A DNA stretch of 64,000 nt from the human T2T-CHM13v2.0 reference genome, Homo sapiens. The number at the start of each line of letters is the position of its first letter. The first letter of the stretch is position 1. The DNA lies in NCBI RefSeq assembly GCF_009914755.1, contig NC_060938.1, one strand, 5' to 3'. The position numbers and the translations under genes were made by a program. The notes beneath the pieces were generated by a model, which searched no databases, had not been told where the DNA came from, and worked only from the letters and a program-made list of their open reading frames with translations. Positions 1-13,887 of this stretch are shown piece after piece.

Positions 1-710
1 CCTTACCAGTTATAAATCTGTTTAGATTTTTTTATTTCTTCATGATTCAGTCTTGGTAGGTTATATGTTTGTATAAATTTATGCATTTCTTCTAGGTTTT
101 CCAATTTGTTGGTGTATAATTGTTTGTAATAGTCTCTTAAGATTCTTCTTATTTCTGTGGCATCCATTGTAATGTCTTCTCTTACATTTTTGGTTTATTT
201 GAATCTTCTCTCTTCTTTTTCAGTCTAATTAAAAGATTGTCAATTCAGCTTATGTTTTCAAAACTTAGTTTTGCTTATTTTTATGTTATTTTCTACTCTA
301 TGTTTTATTTATTTCTGCTCTAATATTTATTATTTCCTTCTTTCTACTAAATTTGGACTTCGCTTGTTCTTTTTTTCTAGTTCTTTGAGATGTAAAGTTA
401 TGTTTTTTGTTTGAGATCTTTCTTTTGAATTCAGGTATTTATTGCTATAAACTTCCCTATTAGTACTGCTTTTGCTCCCTCTATAAATTTTGATATGTTG
501 TGTTTTTGTGTTTGTATCTCAAAACATTTTCTAATGTGCCTTTTGATTTCTTTGACCAATTTGTTGCTCAAGAATATGATGTTTAATTTCCATATATTTT
601 GGAATTTTCTAGTTTTGCATCTGCTATTTATTTCTAGTGTTATTCCATTCTCATTAGAAAAAATATGTGGTATGATTTCACTTTCTTAAATTTGTTGAGA
701 CTTGTTTTGC
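1..710 (-). mobile_element. Old LINE-1 fragment (antisense, ORF2 region)
   Basis: T-rich antisense L1-like text (e.g. cagtcttggtaggttatatgttt, aggtatttattgctataaacttccct, tttaatttccatatattt); interrupted by an Alu at 711. Subfamily not resolved. Confidence 0.7.
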
Positions 711-998
711 GGCTGGGCATGGTGGCTCCCACCTGTAATCTCAGCACTTTAGGAGGCTGAGGTGGGAATGCTTGAGGCCAAGAGTTTGAGACCAGTCTGG
801 GTAACAGTGAGACTCCTTCTACACAAAAAATAGAAATATTGACCTAGTGGGGTAGTGTGCAGATACCTGTAGTCTCAGCTACTCAGGAGGCTGAGATGGG
901 ATGATCACTTGAGTCCAGGAGTTTGAGGCTGCAGTGAGTCATGATGCTGTCATTGCACTCCAGCTTGGACAACACAGTGACATCCTGCCTCAAAAAAT
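711..998 (+). mobile_element. Alu (old, AluJ-like)
   Basis: GGCTGGGCATGGTGGCTC...TGTAATCTCAGCACTTT...GAGTTTGAGGCTGCAGTGAG...A tail; GAGGCTGCAGTGAG is a J-type signature. Confidence 0.9.
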
Positions 999-1739
999 GA
1001 AACAACGAAAACTGCCCTCTTTGTTTTCAGTGACCCTATGCATCAGGAATACACTGGGTCCTATCAGTGCTCCTTGACAGGTGTGATGGAAGCCAGTCTC
1101 TCAGGCAGCCTGTGGCAAAGCTAGAATGTTGGATGTAATGTCCAAGTCTTTCCCTCCCCAGGGAGAGGCTGAAACTGGGGCTTTCCTCTTATTTATGGGA
1201 CACAGTACTGGGGGTAGGAAAATGTCAGAAACCCTCCTGTCATCTTTGATGTGGTTGGTTGCTTGCTCATTCAAGGTACTGGAGACTCTGAACTAGTTAC
1301 TGGATTTTTCACAAGTGAATTGATTTATTTATTGCTATTGAATTGGTGTGTCCATTGGGGAAAAGAGGGTCCAGGGATTTCTTTTCTGCCATCTTTCTGA
1401 TGTTACACCTTTCACGGACAGAATTCTTCCTGTTCTCATGGGCTTCTTTATTTGCCCTTCACCAGAACTGACCTCCTCTTGGGCATCTAGTTGAATGTGG
1501 TTTTCACTGTGGGCATGGTGGTCCTGCCTGAGTGCCAGCAGGCCACCCTGCAATGAGAGCTCCATCATACACTTTAAACTTTCCTTGATATTTCTTTTAG
1601 CTGTGCCTCTTAAGCAGTAGAAGGCTGGATATGAAAACCATTCAGATAATTTCTATATCTTAATAGAAAAATTTAGCCTTTTAAACTTATATATGCATGC
1701 ATTTATGGCTACAACTAATATTTTTGACTTATCTTACAT

Positions 1740-2760
1740 GGCATAGTGACATTTGACATTGTAGAACACTTCCTTCCTGGAATGCTTTCTTTATTGGTTT
1801 TTAGAAATCCCACTCTTTTTTCCCTCTGCTTCAGTATTGTCAGTTGTTCCTTCTCAGTCTTTTTTGCTGTTTTTTCCCCACATTTAACTAATCTTTAAAC
1901 ATTGGCAAGCCTCAGAAATTTATCCTTGAAAATCTTTTTCCTCTATAAATACTTTATTCACAGCTGGTTTTATTCAGTCTCTTGGCTTTAAATCCCATTT
2001 AAATATCCAAACTTATAACTGAATCCCAGATAACTCATCTGGATTCTGGATTCGAGTATCAAATAATCTATTTGACATCTTCTTTTTGACATCCTCCACT
2101 TAATATATCTGAAAATAGTCTGCTGAATTTGACCTCTATACTCACTAAGCCTTCCTTACATCCCACTCGCTTCTTGTGAACATTTCTTCATTTTGGTAAA
2201 AGACAACTCCATTTACCAAATCTTCTAATCCCCTTAGCCAAAAACTTTGAAATCATCATTGTCTTATCACTTTTCTCACATCCCCACTTGATCCACTAGG
2301 AATTCCTATCAGCCATTTCTTCAAAATATCCCCATAATCAATCAGTTCTCATGACCTTTACTGCTACCACTCTGATCCAAGCCACAGTAATCTCTTGCCT
2401 AGTTGATTGAAAGAAACCTAACTGAACTTCTTTCTTTTGCCATTGTTCCTCTTCTGTCTGTTCTCCATGCAGCAGGAGAAGCAATCTCTTTAAAACATAA
2501 TTCAGATAATTTCATTTCTGTGCTCACAACTATGAAATGTCTTACCATCTCACTCAAAGGAAAACCAAATGCTTTACTATAATATACAAGTCCATTTAGC
2601 TCCCTGCCATATCTTTGACATTTGACATCAGCTACCACCTTCCTACTTACTCCCACTCTCCAGCCTCAATGCACTTATTGTTGCTCTAACATACCAATTA
2701 TTTTCCTGCCTCAAGGTCTTTGCAGCTGCTCATTTCTCTGCCTTGTGTACTAGTACTCCA
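1740..2760 (+). mobile_element. Degenerate L2 LINE fragment
   Basis: Pyrimidine-rich L2-like 3' text (ctgctaccactctgatccaagccac; cctcaaggtctttgcagctgctcatttctctgcc); boundaries approximate. Confidence 0.5.
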
Positions 2761-5700
2761 GGTAACCACATGGCTTATTTCTACACTTTATTCCACCAAA
2801 TAGCCATGCACAAAATATTTACTGCAGATTATTTTTGTAATAGTGAAAATTAAAACACAAGATGTTTCTCAGAGAATGGCTACAGAAACTGTAATAAATC
2901 TTTACTATGGAATATTAGGAAGCAAACATGTTAACATCAATAGGTTATCAGGACATATAATTGGGTACCAAACACATTGCAAACTGCTGTGTGCTTGAAA
3001 GTTATAGTCAGACAAAAATTTAAACTGTATATATATTGAGTATGTATTCATCCATGTGTTCTGCAATAATTTTAAATTAATAATAAAAAATAGGCTCCAA
3101 TTTCTTTCTACATCTTTGTAGAAAAAGGCTCCAACTCCAATTTCTTTCTACATCTTTGTCCATTTGCTCTTCTTTCATTTTCATTTAGTAAGGGCCTCTA
3201 TTCAACTCACAAGCTTATTTAGCTTCTTGATTGCATTCTGTTTTATCTTTTCTAGGAACAGACAACAATGATCATATTCTTAAATCTTTGTCTAACCATC
3301 CTTTGTTTTAAGAAATGGCTCCTTATTTCTGGGTTCATTTTGTACTTTTTGAGGTGTTACTTGATATATATGAAAACACACACATGTGCATGTTTGTCTT
3401 TCCCACTAAACTGCAATGTCTTGTGAGTAGAGAAAATGTCTTACTAATTTTTTAATTTCGTAAGACCTAGCACAAGATCTAGCTTACAGTAGACCTCAAT
3501 AAATTACTAAAGACTTACTTTGAAATAAATTGGAGAAATCACATTAAACCTTGAGGAAGCAATTTGATAAAATATTTTAATATGGTAATCTCTTGTACAT
3601 GGAATTTGGAGGAAGAAACCAGTTTCCTTTTTTTAAAAAAAAAAAATCACCATAAGCCTGACAGTTTTTTTGCTCTTGACAATCTGGGTGGTTCCTCAGG
3701 AAAGAATTGGGATGAAGGCTCTGGGACTCCACAGATGAGTTAGTGGGCCTGATGGTTTCAGACCACTAGGAGGCTCTCTAGGCTTTACTCTAAATGAGGA
3801 AATTTTCCCTCAAGTTCTGAGATAGCTGACTCAGCGAAAAACTGAGAGTTAGCATCAGTTAGCAAAGCATCTGAACTAGTCATATATGAAACGGACAGGG
3901 GGAGTCTCCATTTATTCATCTGCAAAGATGTTCTGTGGCTGTGATGGGTGTCACAGAGACGGTCTCCCAAGAAGATTGATCTTAGAAATCAACAAGGGAA
4001 ATGATAAAGCTGGAAGCCTTACAGCTTTAATTTTTATGACTAAAACTTCTAAAATATGAGTCTCCATTCTGACTTTGAAATTATTTCAATAATTTCCACC
4101 TTCTTTTATACCTCCTTTGAAACTAGAAAAACAAGAAAAAGGAAATGAGAAGAAATGAGAAAAAAATAATGAAAATATTCAGAGAGAGGATAAAAGAGAG
4201 TAAAAGAAATAAGAGGTTGGGGGAAAAAAAGATGACACATTTAACTGAATTTCAAAATGTGGTCTATGCCTCATATAGTTTCTGTGTTGCAAGGTTAAAA
4301 AGTTCTAGAGATCTGATGCACGACAATGTGAAGATACTTACCACTACTGAATTGTACATGTTAAAATAGTCAAGATGGTAAATTTAATGTTATGTGTTTT
4401 TTTACCACAATAAAAAATGTGACCTCTACCTCTTGTTCACAGAGCAGAATTGACCAGGTGGGGCTGCAAAGTGAATGGAGAAGTGTTGGATAGAAGAAGA
4501 GAGATGGAAATAAGCTGGGGTGGCCATCATATACACGTGCTATTTCTCTATCAACCAAAGTCTCACTGGAGACATTTTATATGTTCATGATGACTATATG
4601 TCCTATGTTAACAGAATTCTCTTAATTTAATTGTATTGTATTTACTCCTTTAAGGGTGATTAAATAAACGATGCATTCGATGAGATATTCTTTCTTTGTG
4701 AGAGCTTTCTTATAAATAAAATCACAATCACTTTTCAAATCACATGTCCTGATTTTTTGGCTAAGGAAATTGGGCCACTGACCCTGATAATTTTTTCAGG
4801 CTGTACTTGATCCAGATGAGGCTCCCATTTGTCTCTGAGATATCTTTTCCCTTTCTTCACTCCCCTCCTGACTTGTCCGATTACTGGGTACTTTAAGTGG
4901 AGGCAACCCTGAGAGCATAAAAACCTAGACATTTCTGTGTCTCTAGTCAGCAGTGCGGCACTCAGCAGGGTACTGACGTCAGCAATTACGCCCGTACACT
5001 GCAGGAAAACTAGAGGAAAATCTCTTTGCTCCCTGATCTCATTGTATTCCACCTCATTTAAGTAACAGCATATCTCTTACTTTTTTCTCAGCTATTTGGA
5101 GGCCAGAGGAGAGACTTTCTCAAGAGAATTAGTTTTCTTTTTTAGAAAAAAATATATCTGCCGGAGACGCTATCTCCATGACCCATAGTTTTCTGCTCTT
5201 AATCCCGGAGCTTCTGTCTACTTGACCCCAGATTTATATCTGACCCCAAAATGGGACACCTCACTTGAGCTCTCTCAACACAGCTTGACTGGGAGCTGGA
5301 GAAAATCTTTGGTTAAGGACCAGGGATTGGGGACTCTTTCAATCTACCATTTTTCTAGAATTTCCGTCTTTCTGAGCCAAATGATTGTTCCTTTTTTTAT
5401 GGCCTTCTTTTCTTTTCTTTTTTCTTTTTTTTTTTAAAGTGTATAGAACTAAAATCCCAAAGGGCCATTTCCTGTGTGGGGAAGGTCAGAATCAATGATG
5501 GTGGACGGAAAATAAAATAACTTGATCTGGCAATGTTTAAACATTTCACTAAAATATCTGTGTAGAAATTTAAATTTCTATGAAGTGTAATCGATCAATA
5601 TTTTTTCTTATGTTTTTTGACTGTTATGCTTAGAAAATCCATCACCATTCTAAATTTATTTTAAAAATTTTTTATTTTACTTAAAATATTAAATGTTACG

Positions 5701-6174
5701 TCCTTTGAACTTTATTTGATAACAGGTATTAAGGTAGGCATCCTAACTTATCTGTTAACTTCCAAATGATTGTTAGGATTGCACATTTTCCCCCATTTTA
5801 ACTAAGTTTCCAAATGTATTTGTATATTTGAACTTTGTATTCTACTTCATTAAGCCCTATATGTGGATTTTAAAAATAACATTCTATTGCAATTAGTATA
5901 GCATCACACTTTTACTGAGGAGGAAATTCTCATTCTCTGAATTTGAAGGCTTCCTGAAGCCTGAGTTAGCTGCAGTATTGTATTTGGCCTCTAGAGAGAG
6001 ATGTTACACAAATTGAATTTGATAGCCAAAAACAACCTGATCTTTTTGAAGAATAGCTTTTGGCTATACATGCCGGGTAAACTCATCCACCTCTCTGTCA
6101 GAGTGTCTATGTGGCTGAATCGTTTCCAGAAAAGACCTCCAGAAAATAGCTTCCTGTTTCTCCACAGGTCAGAC

Positions 6175-6617
6175 ATGAAGCCCACCCTCATCTCAGTGCT
6201 TGTGATAATATTTATACTCAGTAAGTAAAGCCTCTTTTTGTTCTATTTTTCTATGGTATTCTGATTTAGAATAACTTTAATGAATATTATCCCCAGTCTG
6301 TAAGACTTTTCCTGATCCAGAATTGGTGTTATAGGAGGAACAAGAGCCCAGAGAGTGACTCAGCCCGAGAAGCTCCTCTCTGTCTTTAAAGGGGCCCCAG
6401 TGGAGCTGAAGTGCAACTATTCCTATTCTGGGAGTCCTGAACTCTTCTGGTATGTCCAGTACTCCAGACAACGCCTCCAGTTACTCTTGAGACACATCTC
6501 TAGAGAGAGCATCAAAGGCTTCACTGCTGACCTTAACAAAGGCGAGACATCTTTCCACCTGAAGAAACCATTTGCTCAAGAGGAAGACTCAGCCATGTAT
6601 TACTGTGCTCTAAGTGG
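6175..6617 (+). CDS. TRAV16: T cell receptor alpha variable 16 (leader exon 6175-6220, V exon 6335-6617)
   Basis: ATG 6175, GT donor 6221, AG acceptor 6333-6334. Spliced product [57 protein letters not shown]...[10 protein letters not shown] has the conserved Cys, Trp and Cys; an RSS follows. Confidence 0.96.
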
Positions 6618-6655
6618 CACAGTAGCTGGTTTTGCAAGGAAGCAGAACACAAACC
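6618..6655 (+). other. Recombination signal sequence of TRAV16
   Basis: Heptamer CACAGTA (6618-6624), 22-nt spacer, nonamer ACACAAACC (6647-6655). Confidence 0.9.
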
Positions 6656-7136
6656 CTTTAAATACAGGAAATATTTCTTTGCAAACTCTCTGTATGGCCA
6701 CAGCAGGGCATTCTTTCTCCAGAAATTAATATTGAGTTTATCTCGTAGATATTATATCATCAGTCATCAGTTAGCTATAGATTAACCTCATAATTTTGTC
6801 CAAAAAATTCTCATTATTTACCCTGCTTAAATTAAATTTAAAAATAGTAAATGTATTTATTTTGTCTAGTAGTACTGGAAACATACTTTTGAAATAAAAA
6901 CTATATTGCACTGCATAAAAAGTATTCTTTTCTTTGTTCAGAGGTACTGTCCAGGCTTCCATGGTGCAGTCCTACCTCTTCAACTCCTCTGCTGCCCCAC
7001 GTGATCCCCACATGTGGTTGTCACCACATACCTGAGCATAGTTCCTCAAAGTGCTCTGCTGTTTCATGGCTTATGATTGTTCATCTTTCTATATCTATTA
7101 CCCTTCTTTCCATGAGTTTCATAGACTCCTCCTATC

Positions 7137-8198
<1,062 letters not shown>

Positions 8199-9289
8199 TG
8201 AAGCTGTCCTTGAACAAGTGGAGTTTTCATTCTTTCTCCCAAATGAGATGATCCATAGTCCCAACAACCACTGTATGAATCCCTGACTGTATCAGCCACA
8301 TCTCAAGTTCAGAGGAAGTTCTACTGAATATGCTGTTATATACAGACTAAATTATAAAGCTAATCTCCAATAATTTACATATAAAATAATTATGATAAGA
8401 AAGAGAGAATAAAATGGCAGCATATACAAAGAAACACTTACATATAATGAGCAAAGATAAAATACAGAAAGCTACCACATTCCTTGATTCCAGACTTGGT
8501 CCTGGGCTTCAATTGACATAGACAGCTTCCTTCTCTTGTTACGTATTTTATATTCTTCTGCCCTCATCCACGTCATCGGTGGATTGGAGTTATTTACCTG
8601 GTGGAATGACAAAAATCTTCATTCTCGAAGAGTCTGAGTTCTCAATAGTCATGGCTTTTAATTTGTTGCTGCAGGTTTCCCTTAACTTTTACTATTGGGC
8701 ACGAAAGTGCCATTAGGCTCCTCAAAAAAATCCCCCGGGTTTTAGATGTAGCTCTCTCTACATGTGTTGTATGGCTTCTGGAGCTACTCGCCCCCTTCCT
8801 AACAACTTTGCAACATGTTCTGCTAACCATCACGGTATATTAAAACTTTATCGTATCTCCTCTTCCTGTTGAGCTGAATGTTCCAGAGAAGGGCCGTTAT
8901 GTTCTCTCTGGCTTTAATCTAACCTTCTAACACAGTATGGAGCACACAATATGTACACAGTGAAGGAATGTTAAATAAATTCATTTAAACAAATAGAAAA
9001 ATCAGCAATCCTCTCCTGTGAGCATGTGAGTCACCCTCCACTAATGTGATTTCACTGGTTTCTTCAGGGAACCGTGTCAAACCAATTAATACAGGCAAAC
9101 AATATGTTCATCTGGGCAAACAGATGCCTAATCAGGTTAAGAGTTTTCTTAATTGGAAAAATAGCTTGCTTATGAAGACAATAGTTTTATCAATAAAACT
9201 CACCTCAAGACCTTCAGCACATCATTGTACCAATCCTAAACTCGTATATCATGAACTAGAGAAAATAGCTGAGAACTAGAGCTAGATAG

Positions 9290-10470
9290 TGAGTTCTTGG
9301 ACATGCACACAAAAAGTGCAGTCTATAAAAGAAAAAAACGATAAATTAGCCTTAAATAAAATTAAAACCTTTGGCATTGTAGAAAGACCTTGTTAATAGA
9401 ATAAAAGGCAACCTATAGACAGAGAGAAAATGTTTATAAATCACACATCAGACAGAAGTCTTATATCTACGATGAATAAAGAGCACGCAAATCTCAATGT
9501 AAAAAAGAAACAAATAAATAATCCAATTAGAAATAGAATAGATATTTCACCAAAGTAGAAATATGGGTGAAAAATAAGCAAATAAAAAGATATTCAATAT
9601 CATTCTTCACTAGCAAAATGAAAATAAAAATCACAATGAGATATCACTATAAACATATTAGAACAGCTAAAATACAAAACAGTAATAATACTAAATGTTG
9701 GTGAGTATGTAGAGAAATGGACACTTTTATACATTGCTGGTGGGATTGTAAAATAGTACAGCCATTCTGGAAAATAATCTGGCAGTTTTTTTATAAAACT
9801 AAGCATGCACTTATCATATGATCACACCATTGTGCATTGGACATCTATCCCAGTAACATTCACATAAAGTCTTATACAACATTCATAGTAGCTTTATTCA
9901 TAATTGCCAAAAACTGGAATCAACCTAGATATTTTTCAACGGGTAAATGGTTAAATAAACTATCATAGTTCATACCATGGAATAATATGAAAAAAAAAGA
10001 ACAAACTGTTGATACATGGAACAACCTGTATGGGTCAATTCCCAAAGGTTACATACAGTTTGATTCCATATATATAACATTCTCAAAATAACAGAACTAT
10101 AAGAGATGGTTGCTAGGGGACAGAGATTGGGCATGGGAGGGTGTTTGTGCATATAGAGGGTTAGGATGAGAGAATTCTATGTTGATGGAACAGTCTGAAT
10201 CTTGATTATGTTGGTGGTTATATGAGATAAAATCAAGAACCACACACAAGTATGCATGCACACACGTGGAGAAAAGCAAGAAAATAGTGACAATTGAATA
10301 CTACCTGTAGTCTAGTTAGTGGTATTTGAACAATGTCAATTTCCTGGTATTTATATTGAATTTCAGTTATATACGATGTCACCACTGGAAGAGGCTATGT
10401 GAAGAGTACATAGGGTTCTATAAACTATTTTGGCAACTTGCCATGGATTTATAATAATTTCAAAACAAAT
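9290..10470 (+). mobile_element. Old L1 (L1M-type) 3' fragment
   Basis: Degenerate ORF2 C-terminus and 3' UTR (attaaaacctttgg, cacaatgagatatcact, gccaaaaactggaatcaacc). Confidence 0.75.
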
Positions 10471-12011
10471 ACAGTACTATAGTTTCAAAAATTGCATTCT
10501 TTACTCTCACCACCAATTTTATCAGTAAAACCGCTAAGAATTGGGAAGGTGTGAAGCCGATGGTAGTGGATGCAAATTTTCCAAAATTCTAATTTTCACT
10601 TGGAAGCTCAAATATTATCATGGGTGACAACCACTATTAGTTGTTTTCCTCAAAATGGCAGGCTCACATTTTATCATTTTCAAGAACATACCTTCCAACT
10701 ACCCAAATCTGCTGTTCTGTCACTCATGCCTTCAAGTAAAAAAAAAAAAAAAAAAAAAAAAGTTCTATGAGAAACAGCTAGTTTAGCTCACAACTCAAAC
10801 AATACTCCAGTGTCTTTCTCTCTTGAGGCACCACCGTGTTAGTACACCACAGATGAACTTTATGCATACGTCCTATGTCATCACACAGAATATTTAAACG
10901 GTGTACTCTCAAGGGTCAAGATTTAATTTAAAAAATTTTGCTTCTACATCTAGGACATTGTTGAGTAAAATCTTTTTCTCTTGCCAGTGTGGTGGTAATG
11001 ATTATGTACAATGACTACTAGAATATTTTGGGTTCATTTATTTTACCTGTGTTAAAACATCAGCAATTGCATTTGCTTCATCAGTGTAAATGTCAACACA
11101 GTGAAAGACTCAAGTAATATCAGCACTATTATAAAAATAGTTTTATTCTACCTCACAGTTTTAACTCTATCTCACAGTTTTCCCAAGAGGTCAGCAATAT
11201 TTCTGGTTACTTTTTGCAGATACAGCTAAATACATACAAATATTAAAAGTACTATATTCTTGACCTCCTCATTGTGAGACATTAGACACATCATTTAATT
11301 TCTTTGAACCAGGGTACATCTTTTAACTACTATTCTAAATTTGCTCACAGACTGTTTCAAAATTATCTGGAAGAGAGCAGACAGATTAAAATTTCAGTTT
11401 GTTAAATAACACTGGTTCTTTGCTCAAAAAGCTTTCATATGTCTTTATTTCGCACTGAAAAACATAAAGATTTATTTTGGCAGTCATCTGACCCAGACCC
11501 TTCCTCTAGACTTATGTCTTGGAACCCTCCAATCTACATATTGCTCTAGCCAGCAATCTCTTCTTCTCATTTCTTTTTTTCCTTTCTCTGTTCTCCTGTC
11601 TTCTCATCTTTCCCATCTCTCTCTCTGTTTTACACACAAAATACCTTAAAATCAATTTTTGGGAACATTTATAAAATACTCTAGAAGATTCTTGCTATTC
11701 TTTTTGACTGCTCTGCATCAGGACCCATTTTCTTATAACAATAATAATTTTTCAGTCACTAATGAATGTCAGGCACTGTGCTAAATGACATTTTATGATC
11801 TCATCATTAACCTTCAACAGCTCTGAAAAGGTAGTATTATTATTTACTCATGATCCATGTTCTACAGCCAAGATAATGTAGGCACAGAAGACAGAAACAG
11901 CTACTGAACTGATAGATGTAAACCTGACTTCGATGGCCTGACTATAAAACTTCCTCTCTTCCTGGACCCGCCTGCCTCCTGCCATAGAAACTAAAACTTC
12001 TAGGTATTCAC

Positions 12012-12392
12012 TGCTATGGGCTGAACTGTGTTTCCACAAAATGTGGACGTAGAAGCGCTAACCCCCAGTACCTCAGAACATGACTCTATTTGGAGACAGA
12101 ACTTTTAAAGGTAAAGTTAAAAGGTGGTCTTGAGGGTAACCACTAATTTAATAAGACTGGCATCCTTAAGAGGAGATTGGGACAGATAGCACAGGCAAAG
12201 GGATGACCATGTGAAGACACAACAAGAAGGCAACCATTTATGAGTCATGGAGAAAGGCCTCAAAAGAAACTAAACCTGCCAGCACTTTGACCTTGAAATT
12301 GTAGTCCCTAAAATCATGAGAAAATAAATGTTTGTTGTTTAAGCCATGCAGTCTGTGATACTTTGTTATGGGAGCCCTGGTAAACTAATACA
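12012..12392 (+). mobile_element. MaLR LTR (MLT1A-like)
   Basis: TGCTATGGGCTGAACTGTG...tttaagccatgcagtctgtgatactttgttatg...taaactaataCA; TG..CA termini. Confidence 0.8.
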
Positions 12393-13145
12393 GCCTACTG
12401 GTTAGGCTTGATGTGGGCACATGGCTTGGGCTCCAACAATTAGATGAATTGTTCCCTAACTTTCACTCAGGAGTTACTTTTGCAAAAAAACAAAAACAAA
12501 AAACAAACAAAAAATAAGTAAGAGTTTCCTTTTTGAGAGTGGTGGTAATTGCAACAAGGTGGACATGAGAGTTTACAGGCTACAAGGCAGTGGAATTGTA
12601 GCTGCATACATTGTCCTGCGTGAACAGTCTTGCATAAACTACGGGCAGTATCTGGAGCTCAGGAAAGGAGCCAGTGGGATACTCAGAGGAGTGCTTCTCC
12701 AGAGTGATTTTCTGTACTGCTGCTGACTTCATAGCTTTTGAGTTCAGTTCTCTGACCCTATTGGAGATTCTGAGGTAAATCCAGTATTCATTAATTTATT
12801 CCTTTTCTACTTAATTTAGGCAGAGTCCATTTCTGTTGCCCATCAGTAAAAACCTTGACTTGTATATAATCTCATTCCAGGGAAAATTTTTTAAAAGGAA
12901 GCTCGTAGGTACATGATCAGAGGTCATAGTAACTACAGGGAATTTAACAGTGCTTCTCAGAGGTAGTCTGAAAATATTGAGCACCAACTGTCTTTCGTAG
13001 TTGAGTTCTTACCTGAATTGAAATGTATCTGTTCCTATTCTAAGTTAGAATTAGATTTCAATAAAGGCAGAGACTGGAATAGCTTTGTAATTTCTTCTGA
13101 GTCAGCTCTGAACACACGTCCTGATGGCAGCAGGATGATGTTACG

Positions 13146-13163
13146 ATCACAAGAGGGCAGTGC
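13146..13163 (+). promoter_or_regulatory. CTCF-like motif in TRAV17 promoter
   Basis: ATCACAAGAGGGCAGTGC resembles the CTCF core CCACCAGGGGGCGCT; ~205 bp upstream of the ATG; AP-1 site TGAGTCA near 13098. Confidence 0.65.
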
Positions 13164-13365
13164 CTCCCTCTCCTCAGACTAACTTGGCTTTAAATCAGCC
13201 TATCTGCATTGAAAGGAAAGGACTGAGCTTGCCTGTGACTGGCTAGGGAGGAACCTGAGACTAGGGGACAGAAAGACTAGGGATTCACCCAGTAAAGAGA
13301 GCTCATCTGTGACTGAGGAGCCTTGCTCCATTTCAGGTCTTCTGTGATTTCAATAAGGAAGAAGA

Positions 13366-13848
13366 ATGGAAACTCTCCTGGGAGTGTCTTTGGTGATTCT
13401 ATGGCTTCAACTGGCTAGTGAGTTGGGGATTTTGGTGATGGGAATGGCAAGACCAAACTTTAGAGCCCACAGGGCTGAGGGGTGAAGTGTTCTTATTAAT
13501 TTGGAAATGTAATTTGAAAATGTAATGACTGACTCCTGGTCCCGGACCTGTGTTTCTGCCTAGGGGTGAACAGTCAACAGGGAGAAGAGGATCCTCAGGC
13601 CTTGAGCATCCAGGAGGGTGAAAATGCCACCATGAACTGCAGTTACAAAACTAGTATAAACAATTTACAGTGGTATAGACAAAATTCAGGTAGAGGCCTT
13701 GTCCACCTAATTTTAATACGTTCAAATGAAAGAGAGAAACACAGTGGAAGATTAAGAGTCACGCTTGACACTTCCAAGAAAAGCAGTTCCTTGTTGATCA
13801 CGGCTTCCCGGGCAGCAGACACTGCTTCTTACTTCTGTGCTACGGACG
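13366..13848 (+). CDS. TRAV17: T cell receptor alpha variable 17 (leader exon 13366-13417, V exon 13564-13848)
   Basis: Spliced METLLGVSLVILWLQLARVNSQQGEEDPQALSIQEGENATMNCSYKTSINNLQWYRQNSG...DTASYFCATD; GT 13418, AG 13562-13563. Confidence 0.97.
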
Positions 13849-13887
13849 CACAGTGTTCCCCAGGAACCTGCAGCCTCTACGCAAACC
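13849..13887 (+). other. Recombination signal sequence of TRAV17
   Basis: CACAGTG, 23-nt spacer, ACGCAAACC. Confidence 0.92.
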
